NCBI GenBank assembly: GCA_001724265.1
Contig: MEDY01000323.1
Coordinates: 1 to 34,334 of the forward strand
Length of the DNA stretch: 34,334 bases
Source: Rhizaria sp. SCN 62-66
Lineage: Eukaryota
Direction: 5' to 3'
Shown here: positions 1-10,661 of the stretch, piece after piece
Layout: every line of letters begins with the position of its first letter
Numbering within the stretch: the first letter of the stretch is position 1
The notes under the pieces: generated by a model
Databases searched by the model: none
Seen by the model: the letters and a program-made list of their open reading frames with translations, nothing else
Told to the model about the DNA's origin: nothing
Position numbers and translations under genes: made by a program

Positions 1-117
1 TGCTTCGAAGGAGTCTTAGAGTCCTGCTGCTTCGAAGGAGTCTTAGAGTCCTGCTGCTTCGAAGGAGTCTTAGAGTCCTGCTGCTTCGAGGGAGTCTTAG
101 AGTCCTGCTGCTTCGAG
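1..117 (-). repeat. 27-bp coding tandem repeat (>=4 copies) encoding PSKQQDSKT
   Basis: Unit tgcttcga(a/g)ggagtcttagagtcctgc at 1-27, 28-54, 55-81, 82-108, partial copy from 109. No spacers; length is a multiple of 3. Confidence 0.95.
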
Positions 118-569
118 GGCACCTTGGAGCTACCACTGTCGTCGTCGTCATCAGAAGGCTTGCCGTCTTCGTCCGCATCCTCGTTCGTGGTGATAGCGTT
201 GATCGTCGTGGTGCCGGCGTCATCTGTGTTAGTGATGACCACCGTCGTGGGGATCGTGTTGGCGGGAGCAGCGCCAGCCTTGCCATCGTAGAGGAAGTTG
301 GAGCCGGAGATGTACAATGGCGCCTTGTAAGTCCCAGCCTCGTTGTAGTACCACGCGTAGGTGCTGTGGTCGATCTCCGCGTTGATCAGGGCGTCGATGT
401 AAACGGACGCCTTGGTCGTGGTGCCAGTCTCAGCGAGAGCGGACGCATGGTCAGGGACCTTGGAGGTAAGGTCCTGCTCGCTCTGGTCAACGACGTCAGC
501 CGAGGCCTGGGCGAAGGCCGCCATGCCAAGCATGGAAGCCATAACAACGAGAGAGCGGAGCAAACGCAT
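1..569 (-). CDS. Secreted protein of unknown function with acidic stretch and tandem 9-aa repeats (3' end runs off the window)
   Basis: Not in the ORF track. Manual translation from ATG 569: MRLLRSLVVMASMLGMAAFAQASADVVDQSEQDL...YAWYYNEAGTYKAPLYISGSNFLYDG...DADEDGKPSDDDDDSGSSKVPSKQQDSKTPSKQQDSKT..., open to the window edge. Signal-peptide-like N-terminus and the C/G-ending codon bias of neighbouring genes. Confidence 0.85.
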   Translation of the reverse strand, partial: MRLLRSLVVMASMLGMAAFAQASADVVDQSEQDLTSKVPDHASALAETGTTTKASVYIDALINAEIDHSTYAWYYNEAGTYKAPLYISGSNFLYDGKAGAAPANTIPTTVVITNTDDAGTTTINAITTNEDADEDGKPSDDDDDSGSSKVPSKQQDSKTPSKQQDSKTPSKQQDSKTPSKQQDSKTPSK

Positions 570-1333
570 TGTTAAACACTCTGGAATGAAACAAGGGGCG
601 TAGAGATGACACAACGCATGGGAAAAGTGAGGGAGAGGGAGGAGATCGGATGTTGTGGTGAGCGTGTTTCTAAACCGAGCCTCATACGCAACCCAAAGTG
701 GTATTTTGACTATATCAAAGGAATGTCATATTATTAAGCCATTGGACAACGGCTACAAAGAAAAACACCTAAAGTTTGACCATCCCAATGTGCCTTTTGA
801 CCGGCTCAAAGTGGGATCGACAACACTCCTTTGAGCTTCATTCATCCGGCTTGCTCGCTCGCCGATTTTTTCGGCCCCACTCCTCCACCTGTCAACTCAC
901 TTTAAGATGACAACTCGCGGCAATAGATTGGGAGAGTAAAAAATGCAAGGGTGGTGGGGACATGATACAAATTCATAATTGTATTGTTTTTTGATAGTCG
1001 CACAGACAGACATTGTAGTTCATGTTTCCGCGTCAAGGTACTAGCTCTCGGCGTTACAGTAACCAGGCTCATCATTGTCACGCAAAGCTAGCGAGCTGGG
1101 TTTTGTGAGTAGTTCTTGATACCAGCCACCCGCTTCACATGACATCATCTGCAACATGTGCAATATCTCACAAAGGTCAGGGGGGACGCCGCTCCGGCTG
1201 AGGCTTGCAGCTCAAAATAAAGAGCTCTTCATAAAAAGTCCCCCTCGTCCGTCCGCGTCGGCGTCGTCATCATCATTGTTTCATCATCATACTCGTCATC
1301 ACCACATCGTCTTCATCACAGAGCACCGGGCGC

Positions 1334-1984
1334 TTAGACATCAGCCTCCCAAAGCTCGACCTTGATAGCGACGCTGAAGTACTCAGCGATCTTCTCGGGG
1401 GTCATCGCCTCCTCAATCGTCTCGCCGTTGGGGCGGAGGAGCGAGATGTGGCCTGTGGCCGTGGCCCAGGCGCCCGTGGTGTCCCAGCGGATGACGCCGG
1501 CCTTACCCTCGAAGGGCGTCATCGAGACGCCGCGCTTCTGGCCCTTGGGGGGAACGGCGACGATCGAGGGGGCGCCGAAGTTCTTGTTAAGGTACTGAGG
1601 CACGAAGGTCTTGACACGGTAGATGTGGTTGTTGCCCTTGGCACACGTGATAGACTCGTTGTTGGCCAACTTGGGGATCTTAAGACCCGGGTGGCCCTTC
1701 TCTGCGGCGCAGTTGAAGCACGCCGAGATGCGGATGGCGCAAGTGTTCGTGATCCAGGCCGCGTCGATCTTGCCACCAAGAAGCTTCTTGGGGTTCGACT
1801 TAGGGTAGCAGTCGTCGAGCAGACGGTACTTGGGCATCGACGCGTGCGCGCCACTGACCTTCGTTTGGATCAGAGACGTCGGAACAGCCTCGAGGCGCGA
1901 CTTCGGGAGCGAAGCCGCCGCTGCCAAGCTGATGGAAACCAGCAGGGCCACGAAGAGGAGCACTGCACGGGCACTTCCCTTCAT
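1334..1984 (-). CDS. Secreted Tae4-like (type VI amidase effector family 4, NlpC/P60-type) peptidoglycan amidase; candidate domesticated amidase effector, 216 aa
   Basis: Signal peptide MKGSARAVLLFVALLVSISLAAA. Tae4-like motifs in order: NTCAIRIS (catalytic Cys), HIYRVK..YLNKNFGAP, GKAGVI, W.TATGHISL (catalytic His), terminal VELWE. Intronless CDS, TAA stop. Confidence 0.8.
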   Translation of the reverse strand: MKGSARAVLLFVALLVSISLAAAASLPKSRLEAVPTSLIQTKVSGAHASMPKYRLLDDCYPKSNPKKLLGGKIDAAWITNTCAIRISACFNCAAEKGHPGLKIPKLANNESITCAKGNNHIYRVKTFVPQYLNKNFGAPSIVAVPPKGQKRGVSMTPFEGKAGVIRWDTTGAWATATGHISLLRPNGETIEEAMTPEKIAEYFSVAIKVELWEADV

Positions 1985-2494
1985 ATCACCTACACAACAG
2001 GAAAACAAAGCCGCGGAATAAATACATAAATGATTAGAACATTATAGCCTACAAACTACGCATACAATTAACCGCAAGGGAAAGAGACGGCCTTTAGCGA
2101 CCCCATGGGAACTTCAAAGAAGGACGACTTGTGCCATCATTTCTCTCGAGCGAGCTCGAAAAGCGGTCGGTCGAAAAAGTCTCCTTTATGTCATTCATTT
2201 TTTCAGTCCAGAGCCAAGTCTCAACTTTATTTTCATTCTGGCTCGATATGAAGGCTGAATCAAAGAAGTTTTAGTGGTGCATATTGAGGGTGTTCAGTCT
2301 ATGTTTTTGTTGATATGAACGAGAGTTGATGTGCCATGTATTTTTTTCTCTTTAAATGTGCTCCTTGTTGCGCACACAGAGCAATATCTTCTTCGTATCT
2401 GTCACCCTCCCATCTGCATCTCACTGCCAGCACGCCTGTTTCTCCTTGTTTGGTCGCTTTCACGGGTGTACTTTGCGCTACAGGCAGCGCTACC

Positions 2495-4947
2495 ATGATG
2501 TCCTCCATGCGCACTCGTCTCGCCAAGACCGCGACTACGCTGTCTGGCGCGATCGCGTCGTCCGCCTCCGTCTCGGTCGCTTCGCGCCGTAACCTGGGCA
2601 ACTCGGCCCCCTCTTCGCTCCGCAAGGAGTGGGAGAAGATCGCCGCCAAGGACCTCCGGCAGACCCCTGTCGAGTCGCTCATCTCCAAGACCGCTGAGGG
2701 CATCGACATGAAGCCCATCTACTTTGCCGAGGACGTCCCCGCGTCTGCCGCGCAGGAGCTGCCGGGCCGCTTCCCCTACACCCGCGGCCCCAAGGCCACC
2801 ATGTACACCGTGCGCCCCTGGACTGTGCGTCAGTACGCCGGCTTCTCCACCGCCGAGGCCTCTAACGCCTTCTACAAGCGCAACCTTAAGGCCGGCCAGC
2901 AGGGTCTCTCCGTCGCCTTCGACCTCGCCACGCACCGCGGCTACGACTCCGACAACGCCCGCGTCACTGGTGACGTTGGCATGGCCGGTGTCGCCATCGA
3001 CACGATCGAGTGCATGAAGGTGCTCTTCAACGAGATCCCGCTCGACAAGGTCTCCGTCTCGATGACCATGAACGGCGCCGTCATCCCTATCATGGCCATG
3101 TTCGTCGCCGCCGCGCGCGAGTCTGGCGTCGCCTCCCAGGCCCTCACCGGCACCATCCAGAACGACATTCTTAAGGAGTTCATGGTGCGCAACACCTTCA
3201 TCTACCCGCCCGAGGCGTCGATGCGCGTCATCGGCGACATTATGGCCTACACCTCGACCGAGATGCCCAAGTTCAACTCGATCTCCATCTCCGGCTACCA
3301 CCTCCAGGAGGCCGGCGCCGACGCCGCTCTTGAGCTCGCCTTCACCCTCGCCGACGTACGTTCCAGTTGAAGTTTAAAAAAACATCATGATCTTTTTGTT
3401 TTGTGTATCTCATTGCACTCGTAATGTTTGTGGTTTGTTCGAAGCTCCACGTGATCTCACCTGTACTTAATCGTTGTGCTGTTTTTGTTTCCCCTTAATT
3501 CTAGGGTATCGAGTACGGCCGCACCGGTGTCCGCGCTGGTCTGGACATCGACGCCATTGCGCCCCGGTTCTCCTTCTTCTTCGGCATCGGCATGAACTTC
3601 TACATGGAGGTCGCCAAGCTCCGCGCCGCGCGCAAGCTCTGGGCCAAGCTGATGAAGCAGCACTTCAACCCCAAGAACGAGCAGTCGCTCATGCTCCGTA
3701 CCCACTGCCAGACCTCCGGCTGGTCCCTCACCGAGCAGGACCCCTACAACAACGTCGTGCGCACCACGGTCGAGGCGATGGCGGCCACTCTCGGCGGCAC
3801 GCAGTCGCTGCATACCAACGCTTTTGACGAGGCCGTTGGCCTGCCCACCGACTTCAGCGCCCGCGTCGCGCGCAACACGCAGCTGCTGCTGCAGACCGAG
3901 GCCGGCATCCCCAAGGTCGTCGACCCCTTCGGCGGCAGCTACATGATGGAGGCGCTCACAGAGGCGCTGATCGAGAAGGCCGAGAAGATCATCAACGAGG
4001 TCGAGTCCCTGGGCGGTATGGCTAAGGCCGTCACCTCCGGCATGCCTAAGATGCGCATCGAGGAGGCCGCGGCGCGCAAGCAGGCCCGCATCGACTCCGG
4101 CGAGGACATCATCGTCGGCGTCAACAAGTTCCAGGTTGAGGGCGAGAAGCCCATCGACGTGCTCGTCATCGACAACGCCGCCGTGCGCCAGTCGCAGGTC
4201 GCGCGCCTTGCCGCAGTTAAGGCCTCCCGCGACAACGTCAAGGTCAAGGCGCTGCTCGCCAAGATTACCGAGGCCGCGGCCGACGCGTCCAAGGGCAACC
4301 TGCTCGCCATTGCCGTCGAAGCCGCGCTCGCGCGCGCGACGCTGGGCGAGATCTCCGACGCCATGGAGTCGGTTTTCACCCGTTACGCGCCCGACGCCAA
4401 GCTCGCCGCCGGCGCGTACAAGAGCGAGATCGGCTCCATTTCGAACCCGGAGGACGCGAAGCGCGCCATGGAGGAGGTGCTCGAGCTGCAGAAGCGCTGT
4501 GCCAAGTTCGAGGAGAAGCGCGGCCGTCGCCCGCGTCTGCTGTCGGCCAAGATGGGCCAGGACGGCCACGACCGCGGCGTCAAGGTCGTCTCCACCGGCT
4601 TCGCCGACCTCGGCTTCGACGTCGACATCGGCCCCCTCTTCTCCACGCCCGCCGAGGTCGTGCGCCAGGCGCTCGACGCCGACGTGCACGTCATTGGCGT
4701 GTCGACGCTCGCCGCCGGCCACAAGGCGCTCGTCCCCGAGCTCATGAAGGAGCTCAAGGCCAACAACGCGTCCGACGTCCTTGTCGTCGTCGGCGGCGTC
4801 ATCCCGCCCCAGGACTACGAGTTCCTGTACGAGCAGGGCGTGAGCGCCGTCTTCGGCCCCGGCACGCGCATCCCCGACGCTGTCCGCAAGGTCCTCGACG
4901 CGCTCGACGCGCAGACCGAGAACTCCGGCGTCTCTGCCTCCATGTGA
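2495..4947 (+). CDS. MMUT: Mitochondrial methylmalonyl-CoA mutase (adenosylcobalamin-dependent), 767 aa, 2 exons
   Basis: Exons 2495-3355 and 3505-4947; intron 3356-3504 (GTACGT...TAG) restores FTLAD|GIEY. Motifs [39 protein letters not shown]12-binding QDGHDRG. Ser/Arg-rich presequence. Confidence 0.97.
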
Positions 4948-5270
4948 GTCAGCGGTCTCGTCTGATCGGCAGATAACGGGTTGGCTAGGTGGGGTGTTGC
5001 TGACTGGGAGCTCAAATCTCGCAGAAAGCTGCTGTTGTTGAGATGGTTTAATAATTGATGCTTTTTGAGGACGTTACGGTTTTGTTGTTGTGGCAGATGT
5101 GGTTGTTGATGTCTCTTGTGTGTTGAATCGCGGTAGCGTTATGTAATTAAGTTGGGCTGGTGGAAAGAATAAGAATGACTAAACTTTTTATTAATCAATA
5201 AACAACTGTCACAATATTTAAAACAAAAAAAAAAACGCTATAATTCTAGGTAACTTTCGTTCCGACCGAA

Positions 5271-8200
5271 TCACTTTAACATTATCAGCTTCGTAACTGC
5301 ATCACAAATCTCCCTCGCGACAGCCGCAACCACCGTGCCATAACCAACCGTCCTTCGCGGCTTGCCAGCTACCCGTCTTGTTTGCACTGACGCTGCGGTG
5401 ACTGTTGATAACTCCCAGTGTACAGCAGAGTCGCCAGTGCAAACTACCTCAAGTGACAGCCGGCTTGCTAAGCCTGTGTAGTCATAGTCATGTTGTCCAG
5501 CATTAGCGTCTGCGTCAGAAACCGACTCGTCTCTGTTTTGATCAGCAGCAAGAGCACATGCCCACGCAGCAGCCCTCAGTCCCATTGTCGCAAGAGCCAG
5601 AGGCAAGCATTGGACGGCAGCGACTGCAGCAACGGCAGCAGCGGGCGGCAGCGTGAAGAGCACGAGTGAGAACAGCAACGCGCCTGCTAAGCACTGCTCG
5701 CGGTCGAACGCGTTCGAGAACGTGACTTGTGCGCGCAGCGTACTTGTGCGAGCACCGGTGAAGAGACGCGCGAGCACGTGCAGCATTTGCAGGAGCGCCA
5801 ATAAAACGACACAGTACGCATTGGCAAGTGCTGCTGCAACAAAAAGGGGCGGGAGCAAGATGAGGTCGTGTGCGAGTGCCAGGGCAAATGAGGGCGCGGC
5901 AGGGATAGCAAGCATGGCGACCAAGATTATAACAGCGATAAGGAGCTGCGACGTGACCGTGAGCAAAGCAGGGGTGACCGAGAGCAGTGAAATACCTGCA
6001 GTGACTGGTGTCGCTGCGGCAGCTGACAACAGTGCTGTAATAACGCTGTTTGTGAAAGAAACACACGTGATCGCCGTTGCGTTTACCAGTGTGGCTGCAA
6101 TGGCCGCGAGTTGGGCTGCGAATGAGAGCAAAAATCCCAGTACTGTCGCAGCCAGCGAGTGTAGCAAAGCACAGAGAGGCACAATGATACGCACAAGCAG
6201 CACAGCAAAGCGAGAGCTCGTAGAGCGAGAGTTTGACCTCGCACTCGAGCTCGTATTTGTGCTTGCATTGAGCGGCGAAAATGGCTGAGATTGCAGCTCC
6301 AGGTGCGTCTGCGCTGAAGTGAGGGCAGGAAGCCACGGTGAGATACGACAGACAAACCACTGCAACGGAGGCGGAGGCGCGTGCGACTGCTGCTCTGTCG
6401 CAAGCACTGACGGCAACAGAGGCGGAAACAGCGGCAGCAATGCGGACACTGCAGCTTCGACAACACCTGCACCCGAGACAGAGCCACTAACAGAGCTAGT
6501 TGCGCTTTTGCCAGCCGTCGTCGAGGCAGCAGTGGCCCGAGCGATTGCGACAGCAATGGGCGACGACACTGCAGTTGGCGCAGAGTCCGCAGCAACAGTG
6601 TGCTCCGCAGCCGAGTCAGACTTGGCACCAGCGAGCAGGCCAGGGGAAGGACATGCGGCTTCGAGCGCGGCAGGCGTGCCCCAGAGCGCTGCTGCAATGC
6701 CGCCACGGCCGTGAGTCAGCCGCACCGTCGTTGCGGCAAGAGCGAAGGGCGAGCCGTGGCTGGCAGCGGTGATCAGATGCCATAATAAGGCGGCAGGAGA
6801 AGCTGTTACCGCTGGAAGCAAACTTTGTACCGTGAGCAAAAGTGTAATGAGAAGAAACACAGCCAGAAACAGGCGACTAGTTAACTTGGCACTCGCGGTT
6901 CCAGAAAACGTGGATTTGACTAGCTTGTTGTTCATAATCCTGCCACGCTCATTACTGTTATTGTTAATGCATGCAAAACGGGAGACAAGACTATAACGAG
7001 TGAAAGACCTCACAACATTGCCAAAAAGGCCAAGATTATGTGTCATACATTGCATTTCGACACAGATTGGCAGCAAAACAAAGTGCCACGCAAAGCGACC
7101 ACCGATCATGGCCACAAACACAACAGCACTAGAAACAAGTGCAATAACGAAAGCGAGAAGCAATAGCGAAAGATTCAGTGCAAAAAACTGTGGCAGCGCG
7201 ACGAAAACTTGCTGGGCATCGTCTTTAAGCAAAGATAGCGTCGCTGAGTTTGTACTCATCACTGTGTCGGCAACAGCAATTGTGATAGAACTGACAGTAC
7301 AGCTGTTTAGAGCAGTGCTGGCGCAGGACTTAATTGTCTCACTCACAAACAGGGTCGCAGCAACTTGGAGCAGCAGCACAGCACAAATAGCGGCAACAGT
7401 GCTGCTCCACGTTTCACGCCTCTGATGGCTTGACTTCGGCAGCACAGTCACTCCTGGTGTGGCTGTACGCAGCAATAAAACACGTGCGGCCTCAGACTGA
7501 GCTAAGGCAGCAGCAGTTGCCACAGCGGCATCACTCTTAGGAAACACGTTGAAACCCTTCTCAGTATCTTTGCTCACGCCGGAGCTGTTCGTAGCTGCGA
7601 GTCCTAGCGCGCAGAGCAAAGAGTGGGCTCGCGCGCGAGACAACAGAGGCAGCAGCGGGGGCAACGGCACAGCAGCCGCCGCAAGTGACCAAGGGCAGTA
7701 CCAGACCACAGCCGCGTAATGCTGTTTAGTCGGCACAGAGCTACAAACACCTGGAGCTCGGAGGGACAAGCGCCAGCACGCAGTAACGCTGTCAGAAACG
7801 CTATGCTTGTTATTGCTGGTATTTGCAATTTTGAACAACGGGAACGAAAACAAGACTTCAGCAATAGCAATCGGTTCACTGTTATTTCCGCTTAAAATAG
7901 TGGTGTTTTCGTTATTATAAGGGTTGTCGGTGTCGCTCGCAGTGCTAAGTGACAGCTCAGCGTGGCCAACAACACGTAACGCCTGCGACGAGTGTGATGT
8001 GGCGACTTCATGTTCGTTGTTGGGGGTGACAGCAGCAGCAACAACCCATCGATCCTTACCACAGCTAGCCGCATTGTTCAACGGAGTGTTTACATGGCCA
8101 ACCGCGCTGTCAGCGCTAGATCTCGAGCTCGAGCTCAAGCTCGGGTTGAAGCTTGACTGCGAAGATGTTGTTGATTGCGACTGCGACAAGAGTAACTCGG

Positions 8201-8612
8201 TGTTTGGAGGTGCAAAGCAGCGAGACGAGCGGCGTAATTGCTGTTGTTGTGGCTCTAGTGCTCGCTGCCTCTGCGCTTGTCGAGAGTGAGACTCCGATTG
8301 CTGCCTTGTGTGCTGAGGCTGATGCCGCTTCTCTGGTGTGGTGAAACTCGCCACATCCCCACAAGCTCCACCAGAGCTGCGAGACGCGGCAATGTGCCAT
8401 CCAAGTAAACACAGACGCGCGCGTGGCGGCAGCTGAGACTGCTGTAAAGACGTCACGGCTGAGAGAGATTTGGGGGGAGTTGGTTGGGGTTGTTGCTGTT
8501 TGCGGGGAGAATCGGCTTTGGGAGATTGTAGAAGCGTGATAGCTGTTATTGATAGGGCATCCCGGAGTTCAGTCGGGAGATACACGACTGGTTTAGTGTA
8601 AAAGGCCTCCAT
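5271..8612 (-). CDS. Large multi-pass membrane protein with a divergent PIG-Q/Gpi1 (GPI-GlcNAc transferase subunit)-like C-terminus, ~1113 aa
   Basis: 3.3-kb uninterrupted ORF, first ATG 8612. Segment ALAHDLILL...LARLFTGARTSTLRAQV..FDREQCLAGALLFSLVLFTLP resembles the Gpi1 pattern LFxGKKxNxLRxR...QLLLGTLLFxxLxFLxPT. Many hydrophobic segments; the remainder is low complexity. Confidence 0.6.
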   Translation of the reverse strand: MEAFYTKPVVYLPTELRDALSITAITLLQSPKADSPRKQQQPQPTPPKSLSAVTSLQQSQLPPRARLCLLGWHIAASRSSGGACGDVASFTTPEKRHQPQHTRQQSESHSRQAQRQRALEPQQQQLRRSSRCFAPPNTELLLSQSQSTTSSQSSFNPSLSSSSRSSADSAVGHVNTPLNNAASCGKDRWVVAAAVTPNNEHEVATSHSSQALRVVGHAELSLSTASDTDNPYNNENTTILSGNNSEPIAIAEVLFSFPLFKIANTSNNKHSVSDSVTACWRLSLRAPGVCSSVPTKQHYAAVVWYCPWSLAAAAVPLPPLLPLLSRARAHSLLCALGLAATNSSGVSKDTEKGFNVFPKSDAAVATAAALAQSEAARVLLLRTATPGVTVLPKSSHQRRETWSSTVAAICAVLLLQVAATLFVSETIKSCASTALNSCTVSSITIAVADTVMSTNSATLSLLKDDAQQVFVALPQFFALNLSLLLLAFVIALVSSAVVFVAMIGGRFAWHFVLLPICVEMQCMTHNLGLFGNVVRSFTRYSLVSRFACINNNSNERGRIMNNKLVKSTFSGTASAKLTSRLFLAVFLLITLLLTVQSLLPAVTASPAALLWHLITAASHGSPFALAATTVRLTHGRGGIAAALWGTPAALEAACPSPGLLAGAKSDSAAEHTVAADSAPTAVSSPIAVAIARATAASTTAGKSATSSVSGSVSGAGVVEAAVSALLPLFPPLLPSVLATEQQSHAPPPPLQWFVCRISPWLPALTSAQTHLELQSQPFSPLNASTNTSSSARSNSRSTSSRFAVLLVRIIVPLCALLHSLAATVLGFLLSFAAQLAAIAATLVNATAITCVSFTNSVITALLSAAAATPVTAGISLLSVTPALLTVTSQLLIAVIILVAMLAIPAAPSFALALAHDLILLPPLFVAAALANAYCVVLLALLQMLHVLARLFTGARTSTLRAQVTFSNAFDREQCLAGALLFSLVLFTLPPAAAVAAVAAVQCLPLALATMGLRAAAWACALAADQNRDESVSDADANAGQHDYDYTGLASRLSLEVVCTGDSAVHWELSTVTAASVQTRRVAGKPRRTVGYGTVVAAVAREICDAVTKLIMLK

Positions 8613-9056
8613 TGTGAGAGGCAATGAGGGGAAACCCTTGTCGGGCTGGAAAAAAAAGACGGGTTGGCAGCCGTTGAAGATCACCTAGACGAGAGTAAGA
8701 TAAACAACCTGGCAAATTGAGTTAATCAAGTATTCAGAAAATGCGAATAATTGGATGAAATGATCGTAGTTATAAAAACCTGCCGTGTCAAATTAAGCCG
8801 GAATAACGGACACTGCAGTGTATTTGAGATCATATTAAATACTAGGTAAACGAGGCGCGGACTCTATCAATCAGAGGTATTGAGGCCGCGAGCGCCTTCA
8901 GTAAGAGACGCAATTTCTAAGTGCAGAATGTGCCAGAAATATTGTTATCTCGCACATAATGGCACTATGAGTACTAGATACCTTGACACTCGGCCATAAT
9001 AGCACAAAGCTCAGATAGTCGAGATATCCTAAGGGTGCAAGCATGGAGAGGAGCTT

Positions 9057-10092
9057 TCAAACATTCGTCGCGCGCGCCTTCTTGCCTTTACCCTCCGGCT
9101 GCACAAGACTCGTGGTGTCGTCCTTCTCAAGCACGTACAACACCGACGCGGCCTCCGCGTTGGCCTTGGCCTCCGCAGCGGCGGCGACGTCAGCCGGAAG
9201 CTTCAGTTTGGACCGGTCGAATGTGAACTCGGTGGCGTTGCGCCAGGCAGTGTTGATCGTGTCGGTGACCGACTCGTCTGAAAGAGCGACATATCGTGAT
9301 ACGATGATGAAATATTGGTGTGTGAGTTCAGTTGCGTCAGTAGGATCTGATAAAGTGTTGTGAGAGTAGCGAAGAGTGGAACAGTTTTCTTGCGGAGATC
9401 TGAGTGAGATGAGGAACGTACCGTCCGCAGTCATCAGGCGGTAGGCAATGTAGCCGCCGAGACCAAGCCAGAAGATGACGGTCCAGCCCTCGAAGAAGAG
9501 AAGCCAGCGCGACATGCGGTGCATCTTGTCCTTAGGGTTGGCACGGGCGCGAGACAGCTTGCTGCTGCTCGTCATAGCCTGCGTAAGAGTCGAAAGAAAC
9601 AAAACAAAGACAAAAAATGTGTCAGCACTATATCCATAAAGTACACTAAAGATTCAGCCGAGAATTTGCTGTTCAGTAGAGCGAGCTTGTGCGAGTGTCT
9701 CGAGAACATGCCTTAAACTCCTTTATCTTGTTGTGGCTGTCTTGAGCGACAGCGGCGGCGGCGGCCTCGGCCTCCTTGGCGGCAACCTGGGCGCCGAACG
9801 CCTTCTCAATCGAGTCGTCAAGCGAAGGCGCAGACCCTGCGGGAGTGCGCGCACCACCGAACGAGATACCACGCTGATGGGCTGCAACAACCACGGGAGA
9901 AGTGAGGAGAAGAGAGTGTGAACGTAGAGTAGTCCGACTGGTGCTCATCGTGGCAGAAATGGCAGCCGCACGGCTACGCTTAGTAACAGCAGCCAAAGAG
10001 CTCATCAGACTCTTAGGCAGGGCAGCAGAGGATAGCAGGGCACTGCTGCAGCTGCTGCCGAGAGCCATGAGCCGGTGGCTAGCAGAGAGCAT
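9057..10092 (-). CDS. Putative mitochondrion-targeted single-pass membrane protein of unknown function, 252 aa, 3 exons
   Basis: Exons 10092-9712, 9578-9422, 9277-9057; introns 9711-9579 (GCATGT...CAG) and 9421-9278 (GTACGT...CAG). Ser/Arg/Ala-rich, acid-free N-terminus (MLSASHRLMALG...) and one TM segment WTVIFWLGLGGYIAY. Confidence 0.7.
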
Positions 10093-10661
10093 TCCTTTCA
10101 CCGAGAAAAACGCAAAATGAGAGAAGTTCATGGTGAGGACAATCGTCAACAACAAAACAAATGAAACTACAAAACAATAAAAATAAATTAAATAACAAAT
10201 ATGCGAATTATAAATCAACATCAAATAGGCATGTACCAGAAAATTGCTTAATAGTTGCCCCCTCAGCGGTCACACGGTCAATTAGTCAGTCGGTCGGATC
10301 GGAGCAGTGACCGTGAGCAGCGGCTTGACTTCGGTATTTGGGAGGAGGAACGGAGGCTTAATTTTTCTCGAGGGGTCTGATGGACTGGGAGAAAATGTGT
10401 CTAGCGGGTCGAGACGAAGCTGTAATGTCTATTGGTATCAACTTCCACAATATTCAGAAGTTGACGTATTCAGTTTTTCATTCATGACCCGCCTGTGGGT
10501 GCTGCAGGACGCAATTTAGAGCAAGTTAGTTCGACGATCGTCCCCTTTTAGAGAGGGGACCACCAGCCCTTTTCTTCATTGCCCTTGTGTGCCTTTCCAT
10601 GACGATGCTCACGGCTGTGGAGTTCTTTATTACTTTCTTTGTGTCTTGTTGTAGGGTGACA

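Noticed and set aside
1-117. 27-bp repeats as a CRISPR array
   Set aside because: Contiguous copies with no spacers, in frame within a eukaryotic CDS.
1334-1984. Bacterial contamination as the source of the Tae4-like gene
   Set aside because: Flanked by eukaryotic genes, shares host codon bias and pre-ATG acceptor, and has no operon or immunity partner.
2336-2494. Upstream extensions of ORF-track calls (also 1985-2008, 8613-8684, 10093-10224, 10587-10661)
   Set aside because: They translate pyrimidine-rich non-coding tracts or begin at GTG/TTG; downstream ATGs give proper targeting peptides.
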